Of a stretch of DNA of 64,000 bases, positions 54,162-64,000 are shown one piece after another. The translations under genes and the position numbers were made by a program. Source of the stretch: Candidatus Zixiibacteriota bacterium (GTDB taxonomy: Bacteria; Zixibacteria; MSB-5A5; GN15; JAAZOE01); contig JBDREQ010000063.1 of the NCBI GenBank assembly GCA_043819555.1, forward strand, positions 117,486-181,485. Reading direction: 5' to 3'. The notes beneath the pieces are model-generated. The model worked only from the letters and a program-made list of their open reading frames with translations. It made no database searches and had not been told where the DNA came from. Position 1 is the stretch's first letter. Each line of letters opens with the position of its first letter.

Positions 54162-57110
54162 TCACTTCATGAGTACCATCTTGCGTGTCAGGCTGGTATT
54201 TTCATATGTAACTCGATAAAAATAAATCCCGCTCGCAGCTGATGCGCCGCTCTCATCGGTTCCATCCCATTCGACTTCATGACGACCGGCAGGATATATT
54301 TTATCTTCAAGAGTCTTTACAACACGGCCCAGAATATCGAAAACTTCGACTTTCACATTACCTGATTTGGGCAGCGAAAACGAAATTGTCGTCGCCGGAT
54401 TGAACGGATTGGGAAAATTTTGATACAATGCGAATGTTCCCGGCAATGCCGGACCATCATCGTTCACATCGGTTGGCAGAAGATCATACACCACCTGCGC
54501 CCGCTGAGCATTAGTAATAAAGTCATCCCAGGCATCGCCGCCGATGATAGAGAATGCGGCTGTATCCGATTGCCCCGGACTGAGTGAAAATGGTCCGGTC
54601 GAAGTAATATGAGCCACGTCAATCACTCCATTATAATATGGTCGGAAATCAATGGCGAGTCCACGAAATTTTAATCCTTCATGAAAAAAACTGCCATATG
54701 TCTCAGCCGGACTTAACAATATTTCGTGATTGAACATCCCTTCCGGATTGAGAGCTCGCACGCCGCGAAAATCCGATGAATCAGTGACCGATGCCCAGCA
54801 GACATACCCCAGGTCTTCACTTGCGACCGGTCGGCCATGATTCTGGCTCCAGACATTGATATCCCAGTCAAAATACAAACCGGCATACAGATCGGTGATA
54901 TCAGTTATGTTGTCGTTAGTGATGATATATTCAAGAATAATAAACTTATCATCAGGGGCCGTATCCCAGGCATAGCTCTTCTGAACGATTGACACACCCA
55001 GCGGATTTTCGGCGTAACTGTCGTCAAATGACGAAACAGTTTCCTGATCGGAGTAAATACCCGATGTCGTCGATTGGATTGTTCCTCCCCCGGTTACAAA
55101 GAAATCACCGTCGAGTTCCTGAGCGACATTATGGGCGCCGTCGGAGACATGGGCCGAATCGGTTCCGAGCAAAAAGGCGCCTTCGTACATATCATTTACA
55201 GAGCTGCCGAATTGAAATCCGGAATATCCAAAAGGAGTATATGAGTTGTCATTAAATCCAAATGCGCCATAATTGGAGATAGTAAATGAGATTGTTTCAT
55301 TCTGATGAGTGTAATACGATCGTTCGCCGCGCGACCCGACATAAAACTTCAGTATCTGGGCGTGACCATATCCTCCATTGGCGGATATTAACATATCGAT
55401 AGTATAATAACGATTGATTTCAATCTCATTATCAAAAGATAGCGTTAGAGGCGACGCTCCGGTTACCGAACCATTGCGGTTAATAGTCCCGAAGTTGACT
55501 TGAGTGGTGATAAGATTGACACCGGTTTCCGGATTGGAAAAATCGGCGATAACATTAAAAGCGTCGGCGCCGATATTTTTGATCGACATAGTCAGATCCA
55601 GCTGATCGCCGGGATTAATATGGGGTATATCAAATCCTTTGACCTGCAATGACGGTGTTGTCAATAGAGTTAACTCTTCGAGGGCTTTGACGATATCAAT
55701 CAATCCCCATCCATATGTATTATCCGGTCCGGCCGTCCCCAGATCATGGGCCGAATTCAGCAAGGCCGTCTTAATCTCATCAACTGTCGCGTCAGGATTC
55801 TTCTGGCGCAATATCGCCACCGCCCCCGATACATGCGGAGCCGACGCCGAGGTTCCGCTGCGGATAGCATAAACGTTATTGGGCTCAGATGAACGCACCG
55901 ACTGTCCGGGAGCGACCACGTTCGGCTTGATGGAAATACCGTCGCAATTTGACGGGCCGCGCGACGAACCTGACCAGATTGATGAATCGGGTGCATAAAC
56001 CGCCCCAATAGCAAAATTAGTAATTGAGTCCTCAGCCCGATTGGCGGGACTTCGTATGGCGTTGGCGGTGTTTCCTTCATTGCCCGCCGAAAAAACATTG
56101 ACGACTCCCAGGCCGTCTTCGAGATTATCAATCACACCCCAGAATAATTCGCTGCATCCGATATCTTTGATACCATAACTGTGATTGATGACGTCGGGAA
56201 TATCGGTTACCGTATTGGGATTGCCGTCCGGGTCAGCCGCCCATTGAAAAGCATCGAAAATTGAAGCCCCGGGAACATCAATGGCCAGTGCGGCAATCCA
56301 GTCCGCTCCCGGAGCGACGCCGATCGTATCTCCGGTGGCATCATCATGCCCGACCATAATTCCTGTCGTGTGGGTTCCATGAGCCCGCGAAGTCCCTGCT
56401 TCGGGAAAATCATGAGGGTACGTGGAAGTATCAACTCCCGGATACCAGCATTCGCGCGCAGAATAACCTTTATTGCCACGATAATTGCTCGATAGGGCCG
56501 GATGATCTCCGTCAACCCCGCTGTCAAAACTGCATACAATCCGTCCGCTGCCGTCATAACCCAGAACCCAGGCCGAATCAGCGTTAATCGCGGAAAGATT
56601 AACTTCAACCCCAACCGATGATGACAGAGACTCGATCCTGCTTTTTGGAGCGGGGACAGGTTCAATTTCGGGATAAACTTCAATTGATTTAACAAATGGA
56701 TTATTTGATATGGTTTTCAATTTATCAGATCTGATTTCGGCCTCAATTAGATTATCTATCCAGAAGTATTTTATATTCTTTGCCTGCCTGGTTTTTTCGA
56801 GACTATTCAGAATGCCCTTGAGCGGTTGCTGGGATTTCTCAGCGTTTTCTTTCAATCGGTCAATGGCTGCCCGGCGGCGATCGGATAATTTCTTGTAATT
56901 TGCATTCAAGGATGATTTAAATGCGGCTTGATTTTTATCAGATTCGGGGATTATAACAACCCGAATCATTTCATATGCTTTGCTTGCCTGAATCTTACTT
57001 TCAAGCCCGGGAGATATTTCTCCAGCCAAAACCGCCGAGGCGAATAAAGCACAGGCGAAAGCAAAAGCAAGAAAACCGATTAGATGATATATTGCCGAAC
57101 GTATAGTCAT
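54162..57110 (-). CDS. Secreted S8 subtilase (bacillopeptidase F-like) with FlgD-Ig/T9SS-type C-terminal domain
   Basis: FDSGVD, HGTHTTG, SAGNEG, SGTSASAPHVSG; C-terminal LYQNFPNPFNP...WDG...ASGIYFYR...KMVLMK. Confidence 0.92.
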   Translation of the reverse strand: MTIRSAIYHLIGFLAFAFACALFASAVLAGEISPGLESKIQASKAYEMIRVVIIPESDKNQAAFKSSLNANYKKLSDRRRAAIDRLKENAEKSQQPLKGILNSLEKTRQAKNIKYFWIDNLIEAEIRSDKLKTISNNPFVKSIEVYPEIEPVPAPKSRIESLSSSVGVEVNLSAINADSAWVLGYDGSGRIVCSFDSGVDGDHPALSSNYRGNKGYSARECWYPGVDTSTYPHDFPEAGTSRAHGTHTTGIMVGHDDATGDTIGVAPGADWIAALAIDVPGASIFDAFQWAADPDGNPNTVTDIPDVINHSYGIKDIGCSELFWGVIDNLEDGLGVVNVFSAGNEGNTANAIRSPANRAEDSITNFAIGAVYAPDSSIWSGSSRGPSNCDGISIKPNVVAPGQSVRSSEPNNVYAIRSGTSASAPHVSGAVAILRQKNPDATVDEIKTALLNSAHDLGTAGPDNTYGWGLIDIVKALEELTLLTTPSLQVKGFDIPHINPGDQLDLTMSIKNIGADAFNVIADFSNPETGVNLITTQVNFGTINRNGSVTGASPLTLSFDNEIEINRYYTIDMLISANGGYGHAQILKFYVGSRGERSYYTHQNETISFTISNYGAFGFNDNSYTPFGYSGFQFGSSVNDMYEGAFLLGTDSAHVSDGAHNVAQELDGDFFVTGGGTIQSTTSGIYSDQETVSSFDDSYAENPLGVSIVQKSYAWDTAPDDKFIILEYIITNDNITDITDLYAGLYFDWDINVWSQNHGRPVASEDLGYVCWASVTDSSDFRGVRALNPEGMFNHEILLSPAETYGSFFHEGLKFRGLAIDFRPYYNGVIDVAHITSTGPFSLSPGQSDTAAFSIIGGDAWDDFITNAQRAQVVYDLLPTDVNDDGPALPGTFALYQNFPNPFNPATTISFSLPKSGNVKVEVFDILGRVVKTLEDKIYPAGRHEVEWDGTDESGASAASGIYFYRVTYENTSLTRKMVLMK

Positions 57111-57289
57111 GTTTACTCCAGCCACAATATTACCTACCTCTCCAGAGCGAAGATTATGCCGAGAAGCAAAAGAAATTATTATTTTTTACCTCAAGGCAAA
57201 TAACAAGTTACAACCTATAAAACAAAAAAACGGTTTGAGTGTGCAATATAATCACACATTTATGCCAATTTTCTTCGCGATAAAATTTG

Positions 57290-57601
57290 TTATAATTTTA
57301 CGGCCGTGCCGGAAACCGCCACCATCAGCATTCCTTCACGAATTACTTCATAGTCAAGGTCGATACCGACTACGGCATTGCCGCCCATTCCCTGTGCCTC
57401 GACTATCATCTCATCAATGGCGATTTTGCGGGCTCTTTGCAATTCCTTTTCGTAGGTCCCCGACCGACCGCCGACGATATCGGTTATCGAAGCAAATAAG
57501 TCTTTGAAAACGTTGGCGCCCATGATTGCTTCACCGGTGACGACGCCCAGATATTCACGAACTTCCTTTCCCTGAATGGTCGGAGTAGTTGTGATAATCA
57601 T
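57290..57601 (-). CDS. ybjQ: YbjQ/UPF0145 family protein
   Basis: [18 protein letters not shown]...[23 protein letters not shown]. Confidence 0.92.
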   Translation of the reverse strand: MIITTTPTIQGKEVREYLGVVTGEAIMGANVFKDLFASITDIVGGRSGTYEKELQRARKIAIDEMIVEAQGMGGNAVVGIDLDYEVIREGMLMVAVSGTAVKL

Positions 57602-57611
57602 TTCTTTTCTC

Positions 57612-58061
57612 CTAATCTTCATCGATTATTCCCCGGCCGACAAGGTATCCTGCGACCGCGCCGATTATAGCATAAATTAAAAAATCCAGGACAATTTCAA
57701 ATAGCAGCCAGTTGGAAAGTTTTAGAATAATCTGTCTTTTTATGATCCATACCGGCGATGAAGCGGCCCAGATAATAAGTCCTGATTTAATTTCCACCCG
57801 CCAATCTGGTTCATCAAAAACTTTCATCAAAAGCGCCGACAAATAGGCGATCGCCACACCTACAATCGAATTCAAAATTAAATAATAAAACCCGACGATA
57901 CGGGTTGAATCCCGGACAATATCGGGATTGGCCAGATAATATCTGTCAAATAAAAGATAGGCCGCCGTACCCTGAAAGATATGACACAACACTCCCGCGG
58001 CCGCTCCCGCCAATATGATTCGTTTGACCGGCATAGATTGAAAATAACTATCTCGAACCAA
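57612..58061 (-). CDS. Hypothetical 4-TM membrane protein
   Basis: Four hydrophobic segments; start uncertain. Confidence 0.6.
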   Translation of the reverse strand: MVRDSYFQSMPVKRIILAGAAAGVLCHIFQGTAAYLLFDRYYLANPDIVRDSTRIVGFYYLILNSIVGVAIAYLSALLMKVFDEPDWRVEIKSGLIIWAASSPVWIIKRQIILKLSNWLLFEIVLDFLIYAIIGAVAGYLVGRGIIDED

Positions 58062-58132
58062 AATTCCAAAAATTTACTTTGAAAATTTCGAAAAATTGTT
58101 TAGAGTCCGGAAATTAATCAGCGGATGACAAA

Positions 58133-58699
58133 ATGGCTTTTTGGGAAATACTAATGATCGCCATTGCGCTTGCGATGGATGCCTTTACCGTTGCCATGGC
58201 GGTCGGTCTTCACCTGTCAGTAAAGGGCAATATTCGTCCACGGCAATATTTTCGACTGGGATTTCATTTTGGGCTGTTTCAATTTTTTATGCCGATTTTG
58301 GGCTGGTTGACCGGATCGACAATCAGTTCATACATTAAGGCCGTTGACCATTGGGTTGCCATGATTTTGCTGACCTATATCGGAATTAAGCTTATTCGTG
58401 AAGGCGGAAAATCTGAAGAATACGCCCGCCCGGATCCAACCAAAGGGGCATCGCTGGTAATACTGTCGCTCGCGACATCAATTGATGCTTTGGCAATGGG
58501 TCTATCCCTGGCATTACTGGGAACTGCAATCATATATCCATCAATAATTATTGGAGTCGTGGCCTTGCTATTTACTCTTGCCGGGTTGTCATTGGGCAAT
58601 AAAATCGGATTGAAATGGAGACAAAAAATTGCCTGGCTGGGAGGCTTAATCCTAATCGGAATCGGTCTTAAAATTCTTGTCGAGCATATCTTTGGTTAA
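58133..58699 (+). CDS. mntP: Manganese efflux pump MntP
   Basis: ALAMDAF, FGLFQ..MP.LGW, DHW, ATSIDALAMG, GGLILIGIG.KIL.EH. Confidence 0.92.
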   Translation: MAFWEILMIAIALAMDAFTVAMAVGLHLSVKGNIRPRQYFRLGFHFGLFQFFMPILGWLTGSTISSYIKAVDHWVAMILLTYIGIKLIREGGKSEEYARPDPTKGASLVILSLATSIDALAMGLSLALLGTAIIYPSIIIGVVALLFTLAGLSLGNKIGLKWRQKIAWLGGLILIGIGLKILVEHIFG

Positions 58700-58836
58700 A
58701 ATATTATTTCTATCCCGAAACAAATTCATTCCTGACCGGTCCTATTTAATAGAATTGCTCGAAACAATGAGTACCTAACTAGCGTAAATATAACTCAGGT
58801 TTCAATCGAGTATTTGCTAAACGGATGGAGTAACTA

Positions 58837-59928
58837 ATGATAAAGAAAATAGCCATTATCGTTGTCTGTATAGTTATCCTTGGAGCGTCATTATTCTTTT
58901 TGGTCAATAATGGCAATGCTTCCAAAGATGAAAATTTCACTACCGTCGCATGCGCCAAGGGAAATATTATCGACAAAGCTTTGGCGGTGGGCACGATCGT
59001 GCCCCGCGAAGAAATCGCCGTAAAATCCAACATCTCCGGAATCGTCAAGAAATTGCATGTCGATATTGGCGATGTCGTTAATATTGGCGATCCTTTGATT
59101 GATATCGCCCCCGATCCGACCCCGCTTGAATATGCTGAAACAAAACGCCAGGTTGAAATCAGCGAAGTCGCTTATGAAAACGCCAAACGCGAACTCGATC
59201 GCTCCAAGGCATTGATTGACAAGAATCTTGTTTCTCGGCAGGATTATGAGTCGACCAAGTCGAAATGCGATGAAATGGAGTTGCGTCTGAATCTGGCCAA
59301 AGAAAGGCTATCATTGATTGAAAGTGGTCAAACCAACATTGCTGGCAGGGTAGTAGAAAATGTCATCAAATCACCAATTAACGGTACAGTTTTGACGCGA
59401 AATGTGAATGTCGGTGATCCGGTCGTTCCGTTAACCAGTTTCCAGGCGGGGACCGAATTGATGCTTATGGCTGATATGACTGATTTGATGTTCAGAGGCC
59501 GGGTTGATGAAATTGACGTTGGCAAACTTCAGGAAGGTATGAAAGTCGAGATTAAAATTGGGGCCTTACCGGAGGCAAACGTTTCGGGCAAACTAACAAA
59601 AGTTTCACCCAAGGCCCATCAGGATCAGGGTTCGACAGTCTTTGCCATTGAAATTGTCTTAACAAAGGTTGAAAACACTGTCCTCCGTGCCGGATACTCA
59701 GCCAATGCCGACATAATTATCACAAAAAAAGAGGAAATCCTGCTTATTCCGGAACGGTTGATCGAATTTGTCAACGATACTGCTTTTGTCGAAATTCAGG
59801 ATAGCCTTGGAGTCCCCTTAAAGACCATACTTGAAGTGGGGCTTTCCGACGGAATCAATATTGAAGCTGTTGACGGCCTGACCGAAGGACAATTGGTTAT
59901 CGAACGTCCGCCCAAAGAGATTGAATAA
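58837..59928 (+). CDS. Membrane fusion protein (MacA-like periplasmic adaptor)
   Basis: N-terminal anchor, VKSNISGIV...GD.V..GD, IKSPINGTV, VDEIDVGK, GLSDG. Confidence 0.9.
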   Translation: MIKKIAIIVVCIVILGASLFFLVNNGNASKDENFTTVACAKGNIIDKALAVGTIVPREEIAVKSNISGIVKKLHVDIGDVVNIGDPLIDIAPDPTPLEYAETKRQVEISEVAYENAKRELDRSKALIDKNLVSRQDYESTKSKCDEMELRLNLAKERLSLIESGQTNIAGRVVENVIKSPINGTVLTRNVNVGDPVVPLTSFQAGTELMLMADMTDLMFRGRVDEIDVGKLQEGMKVEIKIGALPEANVSGKLTKVSPKAHQDQGSTVFAIEIVLTKVENTVLRAGYSANADIIITKKEEILLIPERLIEFVNDTAFVEIQDSLGVPLKTILEVGLSDGINIEAVDGLTEGQLVIERPPKEIE

Positions 59929-59948
59929 TTAATCCGGAGTTAATACCG

Positions 59949-61196
59949 ATGTTGCCGCTTTTGTCAATCAAACAATTCCTTCAGGACTTGCGTAATCAAA
60001 AACTGCGTACGTTTATGACTATGTTCGGCATCCTGTGGGGAACGGTATCAATCATTCTCCTGATGGCTTTCGGAACCGGAATGTCTGAATATCATATGCG
60101 CAAAGCTCGGGGATTGGGCGAAAATATAGCCATAATCTGGCCCGGCATCACATCCGAACCCTGGAAGGGTTTACCCCGGGGCAGAAGAATCCCCTTCACC
60201 TCTGAAGATGTTGCCCGTATTAAAGAATCCAATCCGCTCGTTGAAATAATTTCGCCAGAATTTCCAGCCGGTAATGTGATGCTAAAATCGCAGCGGAATA
60301 ACATGCGAGCTAGGGTTGTTGGCGTCTGGCCGGAATTCCACGAAATGCGAAATATCTTTCCGCAGGCTGGTGGTCGATTTATAAACGATAAAGATTTGTC
60401 GGATAAACGCCGGGTTGTTTTTATTGGAGATGAACTTGCCGAAAAATTGTATCCCGGCGAGGATCCCGTCGGACAAACTATGCAGATTCGAGGCACTCCA
60501 TTTGTTATTGTTGGAGTTATGCAATCCAAAGAACAAAACAGCAGTTACGGCGAACGAGATAGGCGCATCGCCTATGTTCCTTCAACAACTTTCCATACTA
60601 TGTTCTCTCGGCAATATCCGGAAAATATGGTTCTCAAAGCAATCGATGATAACTCAATACAGGGCGCGATAGATGGTGTTTATCGCTATTTGGCGGCCAA
60701 ATATAATTTTAATCCGGATGATACCGAGGCTCTTTCAGTTTGGGATGTGACCGAGGGATTCAAATTCCTCAATACTTTTTTTCTCGCCTTCCGCCTGTTT
60801 TTGGTCGGAACCGGATGCCTGACTCTAATAACCGGCGGTATCGGCGTGACTAATATAATGAACGTCGTCCTGGAAGAGCGAACCAAAGAAATAGGCATCA
60901 AGATGGCTCTGGGAGCAAAAAAACGAACGATTATGTCACAATTTATTTTCGAGACGGTTCTCCTGACCGGTTTGGGTGGAGCCATTGGTTTTGGCATTGC
61001 TTACGGCATCGTCACGGCTTTTTCTTTTTTGGATCAAAATTCGGATGTTATAAAAAATCTCGGCATACCAACGATGCATACTGTTGAAAATATCGCCGCC
61101 GTGTGTATTCTCGGCTTAATAGCTTTTCTGGCCGGATTTTTCCCGGCCCGAAGGGCCGCAAATCTGGAACCTGTAAAAGCGCTGAAACTGTTTTAG
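59949..61196 (+). CDS. MacB/FtsX-family ABC permease
   Basis: KLRTFMTMFGILWG, GGIGVTNIM, ERTKEIGIKMALGA, PARRAA. Confidence 0.92.
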   Translation: MLPLLSIKQFLQDLRNQKLRTFMTMFGILWGTVSIILLMAFGTGMSEYHMRKARGLGENIAIIWPGITSEPWKGLPRGRRIPFTSEDVARIKESNPLVEIISPEFPAGNVMLKSQRNNMRARVVGVWPEFHEMRNIFPQAGGRFINDKDLSDKRRVVFIGDELAEKLYPGEDPVGQTMQIRGTPFVIVGVMQSKEQNSSYGERDRRIAYVPSTTFHTMFSRQYPENMVLKAIDDNSIQGAIDGVYRYLAAKYNFNPDDTEALSVWDVTEGFKFLNTFFLAFRLFLVGTGCLTLITGGIGVTNIMNVVLEERTKEIGIKMALGAKKRTIMSQFIFETVLLTGLGGAIGFGIAYGIVTAFSFLDQNSDVIKNLGIPTMHTVENIAAVCILGLIAFLAGFFPARRAANLEPVKALKLF

Positions 61197-61202
61197 AGAA
61201 GT

Positions 61203-62462
61203 ATGAAACTATCAATTTTATTTAATGTTTTTCTCAGGGATTTCAAAAAGCAGCGCAAGCGGATGCTTTTAACGCTGGTTGCCATTCTCTGGGGCACGAT
61301 GGCAATAATGCTTCTATTAGCCTACGGCGAAGGAATGCGCACCCAGTTTTCCAAAAACCTCAGTGGTCTGGGCGAAGGAATCGTCATCCTCTGGGGCGGG
61401 CAAACATCGATACCTTATCAGGGATATGGCAAAGGCCGCAGGATTTCTTTATTACCGGATGATGTTGATTATCTCTCAAACCGTATGCCCGAACTTGAGA
61501 TAGTCGCCGGAGAATATATTCGCTGGGGCGCGGCGGTAAAATATAATGACAAAATTCTCAATGAACGGATCAACGGCGTTTATCCGGTTTATCAACAAGT
61601 TCGAAATTTCATTCCCGAAATGGGCGGACGAATGATCAATGATCTGGATATGAAATATCGCCGACGAGTCGCGTTTTTGGGTAATAACACCAAAAACCGC
61701 CTATTTGGTCCGGAAATTTCCGTTGAGGATGTTGTTGGCGAAACTATTTACATATATTCGACTCCTTTTACCGTTATCGGAGTGATGAAACCGAAAATTC
61801 AAATGAGCTCATATCAGGGACAGGACGAAGATGTTATCGCAATTCCGGCAACGACTTTTCATACTATTCTGGGTGATCCATATCTCGACAATATCATATT
61901 CAAACCTAAAGCAGGACTCACTTTCAAACAGATTGAAAAACGGCTATTCGAGGTAATGAGCGCCAAATACAAATTTGATCCATCAGATGACGCCGCGCTA
62001 TCAACCTGGGATTTAGTTGAAGAGCGTGAAATTACCATGGCTATATTTTTGGGTATTCAAATATTCCTTGGTTTTATTGGGGCTCTTACCCTTTTGATTG
62101 CTTCAGTCGGAGTCGCCAATATTATGTATGTTTCCATCAAGGAACGAACGCGAGAAATCGGCGTCAAAATGGCCATGGGCGCCAAAAAAGTTTATATCCT
62201 GACACAGTTTATTATAGAAGCGCTGGGGATTACGTTCGTAGGCGGAGGTTTCGGAATATTGATAGCCTTTATCCTGACAGAGAGTTTCAAGTTGGTCCCG
62301 ATTGAATCGGATGTACTGGACTTTATGGGACGACCTACGGTTTCGCTGGAAATTGGAATAATCGTGACAGTTATTTTGGGCTTACTTGGTTTTATTGCCG
62401 GATTGTTTCCGGCCATCAAAGCGGCATCGGTGAATCCAACCGAGGCGTTGCGATATGAATAA
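61203..62462 (+). CDS. MacB/FtsX-family ABC permease (second paralog)
   Basis: GVANIMYVSIKERTREIGVKMAMGA, PAIKAA...EALRYE. Confidence 0.92.
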   Translation: MKLSILFNVFLRDFKKQRKRMLLTLVAILWGTMAIMLLLAYGEGMRTQFSKNLSGLGEGIVILWGGQTSIPYQGYGKGRRISLLPDDVDYLSNRMPELEIVAGEYIRWGAAVKYNDKILNERINGVYPVYQQVRNFIPEMGGRMINDLDMKYRRRVAFLGNNTKNRLFGPEISVEDVVGETIYIYSTPFTVIGVMKPKIQMSSYQGQDEDVIAIPATTFHTILGDPYLDNIIFKPKAGLTFKQIEKRLFEVMSAKYKFDPSDDAALSTWDLVEEREITMAIFLGIQIFLGFIGALTLLIASVGVANIMYVSIKERTREIGVKMAMGAKKVYILTQFIIEALGITFVGGGFGILIAFILTESFKLVPIESDVLDFMGRPTVSLEIGIIVTVILGLLGFIAGLFPAIKAASVNPTEALRYE

Positions 62463-62483
62463 AAATTCAAACAGGTGATTGTT

Positions 62484-63188
62484 ATGTTAAAAATGAATGG
62501 CATAAGAAAAGCATATCAAACCGGAAAAATCCGTTTTGAGGCTCTGCGCGGATTAGATCTGGAAATCAAGGATAATGAATTTATCGCTATAGTCGGACCG
62601 TCCGGTTCGGGCAAATCGACCCTGATGAATTTGATTGGGTGCCTGGATACGCCCACCGAGGGCGAATATTATTTCGATGGCGAACTCGTTCCCTCTCTGT
62701 CATCCAATCAGCTGGCCGAAATCCGCAACCGTAAAGTCGGATTTGTTTTTCAGGCTTTTAATTTACTGCCCTACGCCACCGCTTATGAAAACGTCGAACT
62801 TCCGCTGTTGTATGCCGGGCTATCCGGCAAAGAGCGAAAGCAACGGGTGACCGATCTTTTGGCCCAAGTCGGCCTGGCCGATAAAACGGCCAATAAGCCA
62901 ACCGAAATGTCGGGAGGCGAAATGCAGCGTGTGGCCATCGCCAGAGCATTGGGAAACAAAGCCAAATTAATATTAGCCGATGAACCAACCGGCAACCTCG
63001 ATAGCAAATCAGGCCGGGAAATTGTGAAAATATTTGAAGATCTCTGGAAAGAAGGTCATACAATCATCATTATTACGCACGATATGAATATCGCCAATCG
63101 CGCCCAGCGTGTAATAAAATTGAAAGATGGCCTTTTGGATAATGATAAATTAAACGGTAATGGAATTGCCGCGGCCAGGGTTGCCTAA
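62484..63188 (+). CDS. ABC transporter ATP-binding protein (LolD/MacB type)
   Basis: GPSGSGKST, GFVFQ, MSGGEMQRVAIARAL, ADEPTGNLD, ITHD. Confidence 0.95.
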   Translation: MLKMNGIRKAYQTGKIRFEALRGLDLEIKDNEFIAIVGPSGSGKSTLMNLIGCLDTPTEGEYYFDGELVPSLSSNQLAEIRNRKVGFVFQAFNLLPYATAYENVELPLLYAGLSGKERKQRVTDLLAQVGLADKTANKPTEMSGGEMQRVAIARALGNKAKLILADEPTGNLDSKSGREIVKIFEDLWKEGHTIIIITHDMNIANRAQRVIKLKDGLLDNDKLNGNGIAAARVA

Positions 63189-63217
63189 GACAATCCTGCC
63201 TCAAATACCTTCACCGC

Positions 63218-63252
63218 CCCGCCCGCCATCCCCTCCGGCGGGCGGTTTTATT
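63218..63252 (+). terminator. Intrinsic terminator
   Basis: CCGCCCGCC-ATCCCCTCC-GGCGGGCGG followed by TTTTATT. Confidence 0.8.
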
Positions 63253-63391
63253 ATTGTCATTTTGAGTATCGGTCTATATTTTGCGACTTATAAAATGCAG
63301 GGTGCCCCATGCCTTCGGGCGTGTTGATGAATCCTGATAATAATATTTATACTCTTTGTAAATCCGCAACCCATCGGTGTTGTATCCGACT

Positions 63392-63860
63392 GGTGGCCCA
63401 CTGCAACTTGTTGCGGTGGGTTCCCGCTTGAGAGCCTATATTTCAATCTCGTCTATCTCTAATGGCACATTGCCCAGGATTCCGCATTCGTATTTAATGA
63501 TAGAGTAATTGTACGATAATCACAACGGATTTTGTTCGTCATGGCCTGTCATTATAAGTAAGTCAAAGAATGTGTGAAAAAAACGACAACCACATTTTCC
63601 CAACAAATCTGGTGTAATTTCCGAAATCATCCGTTTATATAAGATGGAACATATTGCGAGAAAACAATTATCAGTAGGGGCTCGTCGCGACAAGCCCGCA
63701 ATATCTTTGTCATGCCAGCGGACGCATCCATGCGGACTAATCATAAACATTTTTATACGGAGTATCTTCCAATTTTGTACGATACCTACATGCGTAGGTA
63801 TGACAAGAAAAAAAACAGGCTTTCGCCTGTTCCCCTCTTGAGAGGGGTGGACGGCGTCAG
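63392..63860. repeat. Cluster of REP-like palindromes
   Basis: CCCACTGCAAC-TT-GTTGCGGTGGG; GTAG-GGGCTCGTCGCGACAAGCCC; TACCTAC-ATGC-GTAGGTA-TGACA; TTCCCCTCTTGAGAGGGG. Confidence 0.6.
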
Positions 63861-64000
63861 GTATAGACCGGATAGATAGGTAACAGTTTAGACCGGTGAC
63901 ATAGGTAACAGGTATATTACGGCATAATTGAAGGAGGTTTGGTTATGTCGTGGAAAGAGACCTGTCCTATGGATGAAAAAGTTAAGTTTTTAAATTATTA
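63860..64000 (+). mobile_element. Left end of an IS481-family-like insertion sequence (runs off window)
   Basis: Tandem 23-bp subterminal repeats TAGACCGG-N4-ATAGGTAACAG (63864-63886, 63889-63911), then AAGGAGG and a transposase-like start. Confidence 0.7.
63945..64000 (+). CDS. IS481-family-like transposase N-terminus (partial)
   Basis: MSWKETCPMDEKVKF resembles the MPWKExxxMxERxxF N-terminus of IS481-type transposases; only 18 codons are visible. Confidence 0.65.
   Translation, partial: MSWKETCPMDEKVKFLNY

Noticed and set aside
58062..58132. yybP-ykoY manganese riboswitch upstream of mntP
   Set aside because: The intergenic gap is only about 70 nt, AT-rich and shared with a divergent gene; no riboswitch-like structure is visible.
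63520..63841. Short ORFs (63520-63750 minus, 63644-63841 plus) as a RAYT/IS200 transposase
   Set aside because: No HUH motif or catalytic Tyr region is recognisable; the ORFs simply cross REP-like palindromes.
63864..63911. Two 23-bp direct repeats as a mini CRISPR
   Set aside because: Only 2 nt separate the copies, no cas genes are present, and position before a transposase-like start fits IS subterminal repeats.
1..64000. Numerous 60-190 aa antisense or alternate-frame ORFs in the ORF track; tRNA/rRNA genes
   Set aside because: The ORFs are shadows of well-supported genes with no motifs or RBS. No cloverleaf or rRNA-like segment was recognised by eye; tRNAscan/Infernal were not run.

Overview
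Bacterial chromosomal window, gene-dense and moderately AT-rich. A C-terminal dockerin-like tag on an M6 protease, a T9SS/FlgD-type C-terminal domain on an S8 protease and lptC suggest a diderm FCB-associated lineage such as Zixibacteria (inference). The centre (about 14.4-43.5 kb) is an anaerobic aromatic-catabolism supercluster. It holds a TetR regulator, an Azoarcus/bzd-type class I benzoyl-CoA reductase (bzdNOPQ), ferredoxin bzdM, bzdV, the ring-opening enzymes had/oah/dch, two thiolase modules, a four-subunit 2-oxoacid:ferredoxin oxidoreductase and orphan Mo/Se cofactor maturation genes (mocA, xdhC, yqeB). No AMP-forming benzoate-CoA ligase is present. Inside the bzd gene run is instead a five-gene cassette: a single 2-hydroxyacyl-CoA dehydratase subunit, an activase, an ADP-forming acyl-CoA synthetase, a Na+:solute symporter and a PanE-family 2-oxoacid reductase. 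This cassette is the best candidate for an undescribed pathway, hypothetically an aryl-lactate/cinnamoyl-CoA funnel from aromatic amino acids into benzoyl-CoA. The flanks carry housekeeping genes (pcrA, hemW, lepB, lptC), four large exported peptidases, redox genes, mntP and a MacAB-like ABC exporter. Non-coding signals include a candidate ECF-sigma-driven sRNA, a perfect sigma70 promoter with a PaaR-like operator, a 14-bp promoter motif shared by two cluster operons, an orphan fumC 3' scrap, an RDD gene bracketed by inverted repeats, REP-like mosaics and the left end of an IS481-like element at the window edge. No rRNA, tRNA or CRISPR array was seen. All calls come from motif recognition by eye; no database search was run.
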